Part shown: piece by piece, positions 25,520 to 38,189 of the stretch | Layout of the letters: each line of letters begins with the position of its first letter | Position numbering within the stretch: the first letter of the stretch is position 1 | Origin: Lama glama | Lineage: Eukaryota | Assembly (NCBI GenBank): GCA_028534125.1 | Contig: CM052844.1 | Location: 1,550,001-1,614,000, forward strand | Direction: 5' to 3' | Length of the DNA: 64,000 nt | Position numbers and translations under genes: made by a program | The notes under the pieces: model-generated | Databases searched by the model: none | What the model was told of the DNA's origin: nothing | The model's input: only the letters and a program-made list of their open reading frames with translations

Positions 25520-26780
25520 TCGGATGTGTGTCCACCAGGTGGCAGTGGCGCCTAATTCACAGGCTCCGGGTTTCTTCGCTAAATCCGATGGTAGGCAGCC
25601 GCCCCCGCCCCGCGCCAGGGGTGCACTCATATACGTACAGACGTCACAACACGTGTTCGGGGCTGCGGGGGTCCCGGAGTGTAAGCCATTCACTCAAAGG
25701 CCCACGTCTCATCAGGAGCGGCTCGGGACGCAGGCCTGGCCCGCGGCTGGGCCGGGCTCGGGCTCCCGAGGCGGGTCTGGTCCAGCCGCTCGCTCCCCGC
25801 ACGCCTCCGGCCCCCGACGCCGAGCTCCCACCCTGATCGCTACACCGGGGGGTTACCCGGGAAGCTGCGGGCGTGTTCCTCTTCCCTCTGCCCCCGGACG
25901 GGTCACACGATGGTTCGTGGAAGCCCGGAGGCCACAGGCTTCGTCGGAAACAAGGCGGCACCAGGGGGAAGGTGAAACTCGCGTTGCCTGGGCCAAGCCT
26001 GAACACACTCGACCTCCCGGGGCTCCCCGTGTACACGCGGCTGGCGGAAGGCGCCTTCCCACGCTCCGCTCCCTCCGTCCACACCGGGCTCGTCCTAACA
26101 AATAACCCGGCTACTTACTTCCACCCGGAGGCAGGAGGACGCAGCCTTCTCCGCTGGCTCCCACATCCCGCGAGGGCGCGGCGCCGGGGTCGGCCTCCGC
26201 CCAAACCGCCCGGTGGTCCCGGAATCGCCCCCTGCGCCCGTGGGCCACGAACCTACCGGCGGGCGCCCTCTTGCCTCCGCGGCGCGCCCCGCGCGGCAGG
26301 CTGATTGGACGGCTGGGGCGCTCACGTGACCAACGTCTGCCAGTCACGCGGCTGCATCGCCGAGTCGCACGTTGGCCAGTCACGTGGCGGCAGCCCCCGG
26401 AGCCACGTGGCCGCCCAGGGCACTGTGGGTAAACGTGGCGCCTGCCTCACGCCTCTTCTGAGTAGGGAATCGCCTGTTGGCCTTTGTTTCAAAGACTTTT
26501 CCACCGGGCAGCCCGCGAACCGAGTCAAGGTGAGCAGGGTGGTGCCGCCCAGCAGGTTCCAGCGGGCTGAGGAGCATGTTCGTGCAGAAAGGAGAAATGG
26601 CAGACAGGCGTTTAAGGGAAGAACGATGCGGAGGCCGCACTCCTGCCGGATGCGCTGGTGGAGGGAGGCGGTGGGGAAAGAACGGATTTGTCACTGGTTA
26701 AAACTGAAACCCCTCTTGGGCGTTCCCGTTTTGCACCACGTTTAGGTCGACACGTTAAGCCTTTATTACCCCTTGCTTCA
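25520..26780 (-). promoter_or_regulatory. Orphan CpG island with CCAAT box, E-box cluster and minus-strand splice donor
   Basis: High CpG density; CCAAT (minus) at 26304-26308; six E-box-type motifs at 26322-26437; donor GAA|gtaagt at 26119; CTCF motif at 25529-25547. Confidence 0.75.
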
Positions 26781-28116
26781 GGTACAGCTCCCCGCTCCTT
26801 CCTGCATCTCAGTGTTCGCAGGGCCATAAATGTCTTCTATGGCTGCAGCCGTTTCTTGGATTTTCCTTTGCCATCTTACATGGAAAACAATGCCTTAAAA
26901 GGGAGACAGCGAGATTTCTGTTAAGACCAGTTTCATCTCAGATTTCTCGCCAGCAAGGAGTAAGAGAAATGCCCCCACCCCTTAATGGGCAGAAGCTGAC
27001 AGTGTGACTTACTTCAGTAAGTCTAGACTGTTCTTTAGGGAAAAGCTAACCATCCTTCTTCTCAAACCCTGAACACATACATCCTGAGACCACAGAGCAG
27101 TTTGAGGAGGGAAGAGAAGAAAACAGCCAGGGCGCATGGCTCTGATGTTATCGAAACATTTCAGCTCCGGTCCTTATCAGCTCCAGACCTCCGAGTTCAC
27201 TGTGCTGCAGAGATTGCTCTTTAAACAGTTTAGCACAGAAGGCAGAATTTTCTAAAAGTGAAGGCCCATTGAAGAGGACCCAAACAGGGAAGGAAATTTA
27301 AATTCCAGTCCACTAAGCACCCTTCTGCAAAGGAGACCTCTTTCCCAAGCTTGCTGCTTCTTGGAGCAGCCCGCTCAAACCTGCTAAAGGCTCTTGCTGG
27401 GTCCCCCACTGGGGTCCCCATCCCCGGGCCTTAGTCATGGATTCCTAAGGTCACAGTTTGTAAAGGTCGCAAAAGTAAGGGTTTTTTGTTTTGGTTTGTT
27501 TTATATTTTCTTCCCCGCACAAATTTTAACAGTCCCAGGTCCCATAAAACCTGGATCTAAGTCTGCTCTCATTTTAAATAATTCATACGCATCACTGAAT
27601 GCACCTCAAGATAATTAATGGGATACAGGAAGAAACCATTATAATTTTTTTATCTTTATCTTTTGTTTTAACCAAATAAGATCAAACTCTAGTAACACTG
27701 TACAGACTGTCCCTTCCCTCCTCCCTCCTCCTCTGTGCCCCTCTGACAGGCACGGGCACCCCTGAAGAGAGAGCGAGCACCTACGGTGAAGGTAGGGGCA
27801 GGAGATGCCCCCTGGCTGTTTTCTTTGAGCATTTGGTGTATATGTGTAGTTTGCATGTGAGAAGCTTACTCATTCTCACGAGTTGCACTCAAAGCACAAG
27901 TTGGAGTGAGGACTAAAAAAAGTATGTTTTTAAAATTAAGATAAAATAGTTTTTAAATATTGTCTGTCTCATCCTTTAAATATGTTTATAGTAAGTAAAG
28001 CATATTAGTGCAGTAATGTACACATACATGTGAAATCAATAAATTATTTGGGCAGGTGCTCATTTGAAAAAATCTGATAGAGGTACACCATCAAAAGTTT
28101 GGAAATTATTGGTTCA

Positions 28117-28253
28117 GGAGGGTATACCTCAGAGATACACAGCATGCCTAGCATGCACGAGGTCCTGGAGATGAGGTTCAATCCCCAGTACCTCCATTAA
28201 ACTAAACAAACCAACCAACCAACCTAACCCCACCCCCCAAATTTTTTTTTTAA
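28117..28253 (+). mobile_element. Camelid tRNA-Ala-derived SINE (Vic-1-like)
   Basis: tagcatgcacgaggtcctgg...ggttcaatccccagtacctcca; degenerate TSD aaattattggttca / aaattatagcttca. Confidence 0.85.
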
Positions 28254-28481
28254 AATTATAGCTTCAAAGTATTATGTTAGCAATACCATCTCCATGCAGA
28301 AGAAATAGAACGCGGACAGAAAATGTGCACTATTAACTTGTCCATAGGCCTGCCTAATAATACAGTTCCTTAAATGAATGTGACTCTGACCTTCCGATCG
28401 TATTTGGATTCACCAGCCACTCTTTCGGAATGCAGAGTGGACTGAGAGAGGGGTCGCAAGCTGGATCAGCAATGAATCACA

Positions 28482-29010
28482 TTTTTTAAAATTGAAGTCT
28501 AGTTGGCTTACAATGTTGTGTTAATTTCTGGTGTGCAGCAGAGTGACTCAGTTATATGTATATACAGTCTTTTTGATGTGCTTTTTTATTATAAACTATA
28601 GTTTATATAGTGAATTATATAGTTAATAGTGAATATAGTTGCCTATGCCGTGCAGTAGGACCTTGTTGTTTATCTGTTTTATGTATAGTAGTGTCTACAA
28701 ATCCCATTCACTTTATCCCTCCATCCCCTCTTTCCCCACTAGTAACCATAAGTTTGTTCTCTACGTCTGTGAGTCTGTTTCTGTTTTGTAAATAAGTTCA
28801 TTTGTGTCGTTTTTTAAAGATTCCACATATAAGTGATATCATATGGTACTATTCTTTGTCTTTTTGACTTACTTCACTTAGTATGACAATCTCCAGGTCC
28901 ATCCATGTTGCTGCAAATGACATTATTTTATTCTTCTTTATGGCTGAGTAGTATTCCATTGTATGTATATATACAACAACTTCTTTGTCCAGTCGTCTGT
29001 TGATGGACGT
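28482..29010 (-). repeat. L1 3' end
   Basis: Minus translation MEYYSAIKKNKIMSFAATWMDLEIVILSEVSQ (L1 ORF2 C-terminus) plus 3'UTR. Confidence 0.92.
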
Positions 29011-32000
29011 AGAAGTTGTTGATTTTGGATGGTGGGAATTTGATCTGAAGGTGCAGTTTCCACTGGATGCCACACTGGGAGAGCTGGTGGAGGAGGAGCA
29101 AATTGAGGAAAGGAAGAAAGGAAGCAAGAGCCTCTGTCACCCATCCTCGGTGTCCGCGCTGTTCTCACCCAGCCGCCCGGCGCCCCACACCACCCAAGGG
29201 ACCCTGTTACATAATATTCTGTTTCGGTTGTCTCCATAAACAACTGAAATACACTGGAAATGTCAGTACTTCCAGACAGATGTGTGCTTCTGGAAGCAGT
29301 GCAGAGATCCTACATGAGACTGCACACTGACTCTGAGTCTGGAAATATAACTCTCACTCTGGGGATTCTTTGGAGCTTCTGATGAGTATACATCTTGAAT
29401 GAGAGAGCTCTAGAATATTAGAGCCAAAAAGGCATTTAGAGGAAGTTTGAAGCTTTATTTAGCAGACATTATTTACCCAGCAGGGGAAGGGCCTGGGGCA
29501 GGACTGTGAATTCCCACATCATCCTTTACTGCTCATCAGGGTCTCAGGTGAGAGCCTTGGCTCCCAAGCTTCTGTTTCTCCACAGATTCCAGTTTTGTGA
29601 TCATGTGTATTACCCAGGATAACCCACACGCGAAGACCTTCCCCCTGTGCCACACACAGTCCTGCTGGCACGGAGTGAATGCTGCCTCTTCTGATCTTTC
29701 CCAAATTGTGAGCTGGTTGGGTGTCATCCTGGCCCTGAAAAGGAGCACAGGATATACAAGCCTGAATATTTTTATTACAAAATTTCATTATAATGAAAGT
29801 GGTCCTCTGTTCTTTCCTTAGAGGCAGAAAGATATAACCTCCAATTTCTCTTTTTTAAAATTGTAAATATTTAAGGACTTTGCAATAAGGGACAAATCTA
29901 TCCAAAGTTGACCCTTTGAGCCAGACCTCTCATAAGCTGCTGCACTTACAAGGAAATGGGACTTTTTACTTTGCTTGGAGAGAAAGCCAGAGGCACCAGG
30001 GATGTGGTGAACCCAGCGGCAGTGGCGTCTCACCTCCTCATCTGGCTCCTGCTCACAGGGCCCCCTGCCTTCCGCGTGAGGCTGCTGGAGTCCACGCTCC
30101 AGAGCTGACTGAACTTCTATTGAAATAGACACCCACAGCTGGAAAATATGGCTCAAGTCCTAGTCTTTTGTTACAACAGTGTTATATTTGTTTAGGTGTG
30201 ACCTTTTTTTTGGGGGGGGGGATTTGTAATCTAATTTAAAATAAATTTAGCAGTACAAATGTGTGTCATTCATGTTACATTTGGTTGTGTATTTTGCTGG
30301 ATATTATTTGAAAACATACAGTACACTTCTTTTTTTTTTTTTCCTTTTTGAGACCACCTAGATTTGTTTTGTTTTGTTTTCACTACAACGTATCGTATCT
30401 TCGCGGTGTCCTGGTTCTTCTTGCCGGAGCCTGGCCCTGGAAACCGTGATCTGGGCACCGAGTGAGCTCACTTTTTTCTACCAGAGTCTTGTTATTACTT
30501 TAATACTCATTTCCTTGACCAGAGAATTCAAAACTGCTCATACATTTATCGACTTTTTTCTTCCTCTACATATTGTTTCTTAGGCTCACTGCACACTTTT
30601 CTATGAGGAGGTTTACCATGTTTAATTTGTAAGGAATCCTTAACATTTAATATTACCATTGACATAATTTTAGTATCGAGTTACCCTGTTTAGTCATTGG
30701 CTTTTAAATTTCGCTTATTTGTTTTTCTGACATATAGAAATTTAAAAAAATTAGGAGTCAAATATTTTAATCTTTTACTATATATTTTTATGTTACTATT
30801 ATGCCAAACACGGATAGATATTCACCTGTACATTTATTTCTTTGTTTTATCTCTTCCTTTTTTCATTCCTTGTCAAGTTTATCTCTCATTATTCTTGAAT
30901 TTGTGGAGTAGTTCTCTCAGTTTACTTTACCTTCTTTACAAAGTATTAACAGTTATGCCACTGATTTAAAATATTCGTTTTGTCTTTAATGCTTATAAAC
31001 CCTGGGCTATCTCTTCTGCCCACTAATATGTCTGCCATGTTGCTGTGCAGCTCTGTGTGGCCCAACACTCTGTTTTATATCTTAGAGGACTGCTTTTTAT
31101 ATTTTTAATCACAGTAGTGCAGACATCGGGTTAAGTGAAGGTTTGGGCTTTTATGAAAAACAGCAATCACTCTCACCCTCCCTCACCCCATTCTTCTCCA
31201 TCAGAAGAAATATTTCAAATTATTTTAGTAGATTTTTTTTCTGCAACTTTCTTAGCTGTTCTTGGACAGTATTTCTTCAAATAAACTTTAGAATTATTCT
31301 GACCCGCAAAAAATCCCTTTTTAAGTTGTATTGGAATTTCTTAAATTTTTTTTTAAGTTTTGAAATAATTTATTTATAATACTGATTCTTTTTTTCCTGA
31401 AGTGTCTTCCCATTTATTAAAATCTTTCGTGTACCTCAGTGAATGTTGGGCCTCTTTCAGGCCCTCATTGCTACCTCTTCTTCCGTGTGCCCTTAAGTAG
31501 TGTGTGTGTGTGTGTGCGCACGCATGTTTCAAGTAGCAAAGATATACACCCCCACATATCTTTGCTATTTTAATGGTATGTTTTTCTTGATGCTTTTAAT
31601 AATTAAGAATAAATTTGTTTCTTCTACTCCTTTGTTTCATAAGCACTCACCTGAGCTGATATACAATAGAAATAATAATAATGCAGCATTGAGGTTGACT
31701 TTGTTTCCAGGCACCACCTTGTCAGAGCAGTCCTCAGAGTCACTGGCACCAAATGCAAAGAAATAAAGCATTGGTGTTGGCATCCAAAATATAAAACCTT
31801 GGGCAACACTTTATTTTTAATATATTAAAATCTCACAGACATGTGATTCCTTCAAAGCACTGTGGTCCGGGAATTCAGTTAGAATGCTGTCTTTACGAGA
31901 TAACGAGGAATGTGGGCAAAGCATTAGGCACATAGGATTTCATAAGGGGGTGATGGTCTCTGTTCGCTTCTGTCCAACTCAGGTTGTGTTCTCGATGCCA

Positions 32001-32969
32001 ACAGAGACGTGTTCACCTACAGGTCACACACACACCCCTTCAGTTAGCCACTCCATTTATCCTTGAATCCAGCTTGAATCTCTCTGCTCCTGGCCTAAAC
32101 CCTCCCTATCCCATGTGACCATTTTCTGCCTTCCTGGGATCAGGCTGTTTTACCTTTGGCTTATTCTTTACAGAACTTATCACAGTGGTAACCATGTAAC
32201 CACTTCTATAGTTTTGGGTTTGGGCTAATGTTCCGTGAAGGACACAGTCTCGTCTTTGACTGTGGCACCTTCCACACCACATATGAGTGCAGGGCAGGTG
32301 CTCCTGAACGTTCGGTAAACAGAACGGAGGGAGACACTGGAACCCTCCACATACCGAACAGCTGGAGCACAGGCAGGGATGCTTTTCAATTATCAAGTTT
32401 TATTTTCAGAGATTTTTAAGGGCAAGGAAAATTGCTTCTTTTGATAGCATTGGGTTTGGGCAAATCAAAAGTAATATAAAGATACAGGGGAACGCTTGAA
32501 GGAAATACACCATAATGTTCACAGTGGTTATTGCTGGAGTGGACAACTGTACTTTTGTGTGTTTACTTTAAAATGGGCAGGAATTCGTTTTATAGTCAGA
32601 AAAAAATTGTCTGTTTTCTTTTTAAGTTGATTTAGAATATTTTGGCTAAGTTGCTAGAAAAAGTACCTCTGAAGAATAGGGAAATTGGAAACAAAACTAG
32701 GTTTCAAAATAGAGATTTCAATAAAGTAACATTTTAAATGTCTGCTTGAAGACAATCCTGATCAGGAGAATGGATGTTAACTATATCCTGATATATCTAC
32801 ACAGAGGACCACGTCCAACATGAACGAAGGAGAGAAATATATTTATAAGGATAAAACCTGCAGGAAAGTGTCAAGGAGAAAAATACATCATACCGTTCAT
32901 AAAATAAAGTCAATGTATAAAAAAGTTCTAAAAATATTTAAATATATAAAATATATATGTAAGGAGAGA

Positions 32970-33250
32970 AATAGTTAAGGGAAGTTGAGAGTACAAACTT
33001 GTAGGTAGAAAATGAGCCACAGGTATGAAATTGTGCAGGAAAAAAAAATTATGTGATATCTTTGCAGGGTAATGGATGGTAACTGTACTTACCATGCTGA
33101 CCACTTCGAAATGTACAGAAATATCGAGTCACTATGTTGTGCACCAGGAACTAACAGTGTTGTAGGTCAGCTATACTTCAAAAGCAAACAAAAAAAACCA
33201 AATTGATAGAAAAAAAGATCAGATTTGTGATTACAGAAGCAGGGCATGGG
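32970..33250 (+). repeat. L1 3'UTR fragment
   Basis: atatcgagtcactatgttgtgcaccaggaactaaca motif. Confidence 0.75.
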
Positions 33251-33539
33251 GGAGGGGAATAAAGAAAAGAAATTAAAAAGAAAATACTGTTCATTGGGAT
33301 ACATGAATAGGTAATAAAAATATGAAGAAAAATATGGTGGCAGTGGACCCTAAATTCACAAAAATGGTTATTTTTGTTGGGGGCAGGCATTGTGATTCAG
33401 GGGAGAGAAATGAGGGCTTTGATTATTTTAAGCTGAGTGTGAATAATGGTATTATTTTATAATTCTTTGTATTTTTGGATATGTCTGTAATATTTTATAA
33501 TAAAATTCCCAACTTTCATGACAAATTTTGAAATAAAAG

Positions 33540-34340
33540 CAAAAATGAAACCATAAATAAAACAACAACCTACAGAATGGGAAAAAATTTTTTCAAATGA
33601 TGAAACTGACAGGCTTGATCTCCAGAATATATAAACAGCTTNNNNNNNNNNNNNNNNNNNNNNNNNNNNNNNNNNNNNNNNNNNNNNNNNNNNNNNNNNN
33701 NNNNNNNNNNNNNNNNNNNNNNNNNNNNNNNNNNNNNNNNNGGAACCCTACTTCAAAANNNNNNNNNNNNNNNNNNNNNNNNNNNNNNNNNNNNNNNNNN
33801 NNNNNNNNNNNNNNNNNNNNNNNNNNNNNNNNNNNNNNNNNNNNNNNNNNNNNNNNNNNNNNNNNNNNNNNNNNNNNNNNNNNNNNNNNNNNNNNNNNNN
33901 NNNNNNNNNNNNNNAATTGCAGCAACATGGATGTTCCTGGAGAATGTCATTCTGAGTGAAGTAAGCCAGGAAGAGAAAGAAAAATACCATATGAGATTGC
34001 TCATATGTGGAATCTAAAAAAAAGAAGAAGAAAAGAACATAAATACAAAACAAACAGACTCATAAACATGGAATACAAACTTGTGGTTGCCAAGGGGGCA
34101 AGGGGTGGGAAGGGACAGACTGGGATTTCAAAATTTGTAGATACTGACTGGCATATGCAGAATAAATAAACAAGATTATACTGTATAGCACAGGGAAATA
34201 TATACAGATCTTGAGGTAGCTCATGGGGGGAAAATGTGACAATGAATATATGTATATTCATGTATAACTGAAAAATTGTGCTCTACACTGGAATTTGATA
34301 CATTGTAAAATGACTATAACTCGGTAAAAAATTTTTAAAA
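33540..34340 (+). mobile_element. Young L1 3' end containing two gaps
   Basis: ORF2 C-terminal and 3'UTR motifs with A-tail; highly similar to the copy at 42690-43053. Confidence 0.9.
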
Positions 34341-34849
34341 AGGGCATCCTGCTATTAATTTTTTCATGAACAAAGATTCTTCTGTAAATAGGAATAATAC
34401 ATCTTCACCAGTTTATAAATTCAGATTCTCAGAGATAGTGAGCCTTTTCTGTCTGTCTCTCTCCCCGATCTTTGGGCTTTCTTTTAAGGCCGTTTGTTCT
34501 TTTTAAGAGAGATGCTTTTATGTTTTTATTTAGAAACTTAGAAGTAACATGAAAATCAACAAATAGCTGTTACTCTGCCCCTTGGCATTTCAGTTGTGCC
34601 TTACATGTTCACAAGAAATTCCAGGATTTGTCTGGTGCCTTAAGTTGGCAGTGAAGTACTTCATTGATGTAGATTTCTAATTTGGCAGGTGCTCCTGGAA
34701 AGCAAACAAGTGTAAGAAATATCCTTCTCTGGCTTTCCTGGGGGACGACGGATTTCTTTTTCAGGATCAGCAATTTGAGAAAACAGATGAACTGCACTGG
34801 CCTCCAGCTTCCTAATGACCCGACCTGTGTCTGCTAGATCTCCACCTTA

Positions 34850-35620
34850 TAAGACAGGCAGGAGGCCGCCCGCCAAAGCGGTCGTGCCGTTGGGGAGACT
34901 GCAGAGACAGTAGAGGGCAGCCCGTCCGCCTGGTGCGTCGGGACAGAAGCGGGAGGGCAGGGCTCCTCGCGCGGCCAGCGGGCTCCGTGCTCCTTGCAGG
35001 GCGCTCTTCCAAGACAGCCTTTCGTCCCCAGCAGCGCGGGGTCTGATGCCTGCCTCTGCTGCGAAGAGAAAATAGTAATGGCCTAAGTATAGAGAAGACA
35101 CATTTACCTGACGGCCATCGGTGCTGGAGAAGCAAGAAAGACGGAGCCTTGACGTAGCGCTGACGTGAGGCCAGTCGCTTAAGCTCCTTACTTGTGCGCT
35201 GATCCACTGATAATCTTCCCACCTAATTTTAGCCAAAAGGTTCAACTTCCGCCCCTCCCTCCCGGCCCCATCTTACTTAAGAAATCACCTCTCCCGTCCA
35301 GGGACCTGCGAAGAGATCAAATAGATCAAAACTGCTGGAAGGCAGACAGCGCAGAGGGAGAGCCACCCGGGTCACCCGGCTGCCGGGGGGAGGGGTCGGA
35401 GTGGAAGAAGCCATCCCCAGAGCGCAGGTGCGCGCAGACCCCTCCCTGCTGAGTGCCGGCGGCCCCTGCTGCCTTCTCTCTCCTGGAGAGCACGCGGGCA
35501 CACTCACCTGCAACACACACACACAGACCCGTCCCCACAAGTACACTCTCACACGTGCGCACTCTCCCACGGGTCTGGGACAAACGAGAAGGCTGGATTT
35601 CCACATCCCACGGCTGAGAA
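34850..35620. promoter_or_regulatory. CpG-enriched promoter/enhancer-like patch with tandem CRE half-sites
   Basis: TGACGT at 35150 and 35161; minus-strand donors CAG|gtaaat (35108) and CAG|gtgagt (35508). Confidence 0.5.
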
Positions 35621-35989
35621 CTGACCCACTTAAGCTGTGTTTACAAAGGTTAAGAGCTGAGCCAGGGAAACGGCCCAGACGTAGAAACCCTAGGACTCGG
35701 AACGAGATCCTTGTGACCTAGATTCCTGACAGCCTGGGTCAGCGGAGGGGATGGCGGGGCAGTGGGCTCCTTCTCCATCTCACCCTAACTGGGAAGTTGG
35801 GTCCACCCTGCTCACGGGACCCAGTTGCCGTGGGGGATGACGGGGACACTCCCACTGTCTTGAAAACAGATACTGATCACTTCAGACGGGGTCATGGGGC
35901 GTCCATTCAACTTTATGGTTAAAATGGCCAAAGGGATCGGAATCCCAGGTGTGCTGCCGCGTTCTACACCCCCTGCCTGACCCTGCTCT

Positions 35990-36545
35990 TGTTGCAGAAA
36001 AATGTGTTACAGCTCAGTTGGGACAGCAACCAGGATCCCAGCTAGACACAAAGGAGCACTTGAAAGGTTGGAGAACTCAGGTTTACTATGACAGCGGGCC
36101 CAGAAGAGTTACACTCCAAGCTCTGGACCCCAGCTGTAGGTTTACACAGGCTTTTATAGGCTGCCAGTTTACACTTTGCAACATCATATGCAAATGAGGT
36201 ATAACAAAAGTTGACTAATTAGGAACAAGCTTTGTAGAAATGGACCAATCAGGAGGGAAATAAATAACCAATCAGGAGTGAGCTGCATGCAAATGAAGTA
36301 CTACAAATAGACCAATCAAGAGTGAGGGAAGTGGGCCAATCAGGAGTGAAAGAAAGAACCAATCAGGAGTGAGCTCAAGGAACCAATAGAATTTTAGGGG
36401 TAAGTTCCACTTCCTAGAAGTAAGCCCTTTCAGAGGCAAAAAGTGAGATAGAGCCTCTGGGCCGGGGAACCAGATGGTGCTGGCAGAAGAGTAGTGGCCC
36501 TGCCTGGGGGTCCTGCTGGTCTTTTTTATGGGGCTTCCCACCTCA
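35990..36545 (-). mobile_element. ERV1-class solo LTR (556 bp)
   Basis: TG...CA termini, perfect 4-bp TSD ctct (35986-35989 / 36546-36549), TATAAAA (36158-36152), AGTAAA (36087-36082), repeated CCAAT units. Confidence 0.9.
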
Positions 36546-38189
36546 CTCTCGGATTCAAAGGTCAAATTAAAACTATTCACCTGGGAGTCAGCCTAAGTGC
36601 CCACGTTTATAACCCACTCTTGTCACCAGCAGCACATCAGTATGCTGTAGTTTGGGGGTACAGCAAGAACAAATCTTACTAAGAACTAGAATTAAACTGC
36701 AAACGCCCCAGACACATTCCCATATGTAAAACCCATGTGATAGCGAAGCCCAGAACTGGCATGATGTGCATCTGCATTATTTTCATTTTGCAGGTGGCAG
36801 GAGATAATTATTGTGAAAGGTAACTTGGTCATCTTGTTTAGATTCAAGAACCAACTCTGATTAAAGTGATCTTTTAAAAGGGCTTGAGCAGGAAAATAAG
36901 TCAGTACTGGTGTCAGTTTGTCTTATTTCAATAACAGTCACTATGGAAACGAATCACTGACCTATTTCTTTTCATACCTCCAAGTAAACAATAGGGTTTC
37001 CACTTTTCTGTGCATCCTGTTCCCTCTGGACAGAAATTTCTGGTACAGAATGTCTCTGAGACACTTTTTATTGAAACCTATAGTTCTTGCCTCTACACTG
37101 ATTCCGGTCATTGTAAACATTTTCAGCCTTGCGGGTTTCTACCACGAAGGCGCCGGGGTGCTCAGCTCCATCCTTGAGAACCCTGAGCCCTCTTGGCAGA
37201 CGCTCCCTGGCGCTGCGCAGAGGTGGAGACCCGTCGCTGCGGGCCACAGACGCTGGGCAGCGTTCACGCACACACTTCACAAGATGCTCACTGTGGTAAG
37301 TCAGCAGAGCTCCATTTCAGTGTCTTTTATTTCCACGCCGATCTGTAATTACAGAGAAACAGGAATGTCACAGAAGGTCATTTTCCCCCACTAAGCTGCT
37401 GATTTGGGAAAGAACAAGCAAAATATTAACATGTGTGCGTTCTCTTCCTTGTCTTCAACCCACATCCTAAATCCATTGTATATTTGGCTGAAGCCCGAAG
37501 TTTCTAAATATAGAAGTTGCTCTCTCCCCAGAGCTCAGGAGTCCCTCTGCGGGGTTGTCTGCCCAGCCACATGCTGCATTTGCTGGAGCCCCACTAAACC
37601 AGCAAAGTGCCACATGTCACCCTGGTCCCACAGCCCACCCCCTCATCTCCAAGGACACACTTTTGAAATATCAGAAGGAAGTATACTGTGTTTAACTTTA
37701 TTTATGGCCTGCTATTTTTATGGCCTGTAAATCCCTCCTCTTCACTTGTTTATTGTGTGAGATGGAAAATTACAGAGGCATAATAAAAAGGGGGAAAAAA
37801 GGCACACATACAAGAAGTTAAAAAAAAAAGAGAAAAAGATACAAAAGACACCCCCCAGACAGTGCTCCATACAGCTGCGATGCTCTCCCAGAGAGAAAGA
37901 CGCCAGTCACCAGCCCGCTCTGTAACGGATTGTGAATAATGAGAGTAAAATGGTTACAGTGATCCATTTTTCTTATCTGACAAATTAATTTGTTTTTAAT
38001 GTGAAAATATCTGACCCAATATGGTACTGCTCCAAATGTGCCCCAGGTATCTTGGGGGAACTTTCTGAGGTTTCACTGCAAACATTACTTTCTTTATGCG
38101 CTCACAGGGCTGTGATATTCCAAACATGATGACACCAGAGCAATTGTTTGAAAAGTGAGAGAGACTTAAACTGAAAACTTCTGGATTGC

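Noticed and set aside
35108-35118. ATG GCC GTC AG| as first coding exon of a named gene
   Set aside because: Too short to identify, and no downstream coding exons were recognised.
36240-36390. CRISPR-like or novel repeat array
   Set aside because: Irregularly spaced CCAAT units inside an LTR U3 in a mammalian genome.
36918-37394. 158-aa ORF as a protein-coding gene
   Set aside because: TTG start, no recognisable domain, contains internal splice-like sites.
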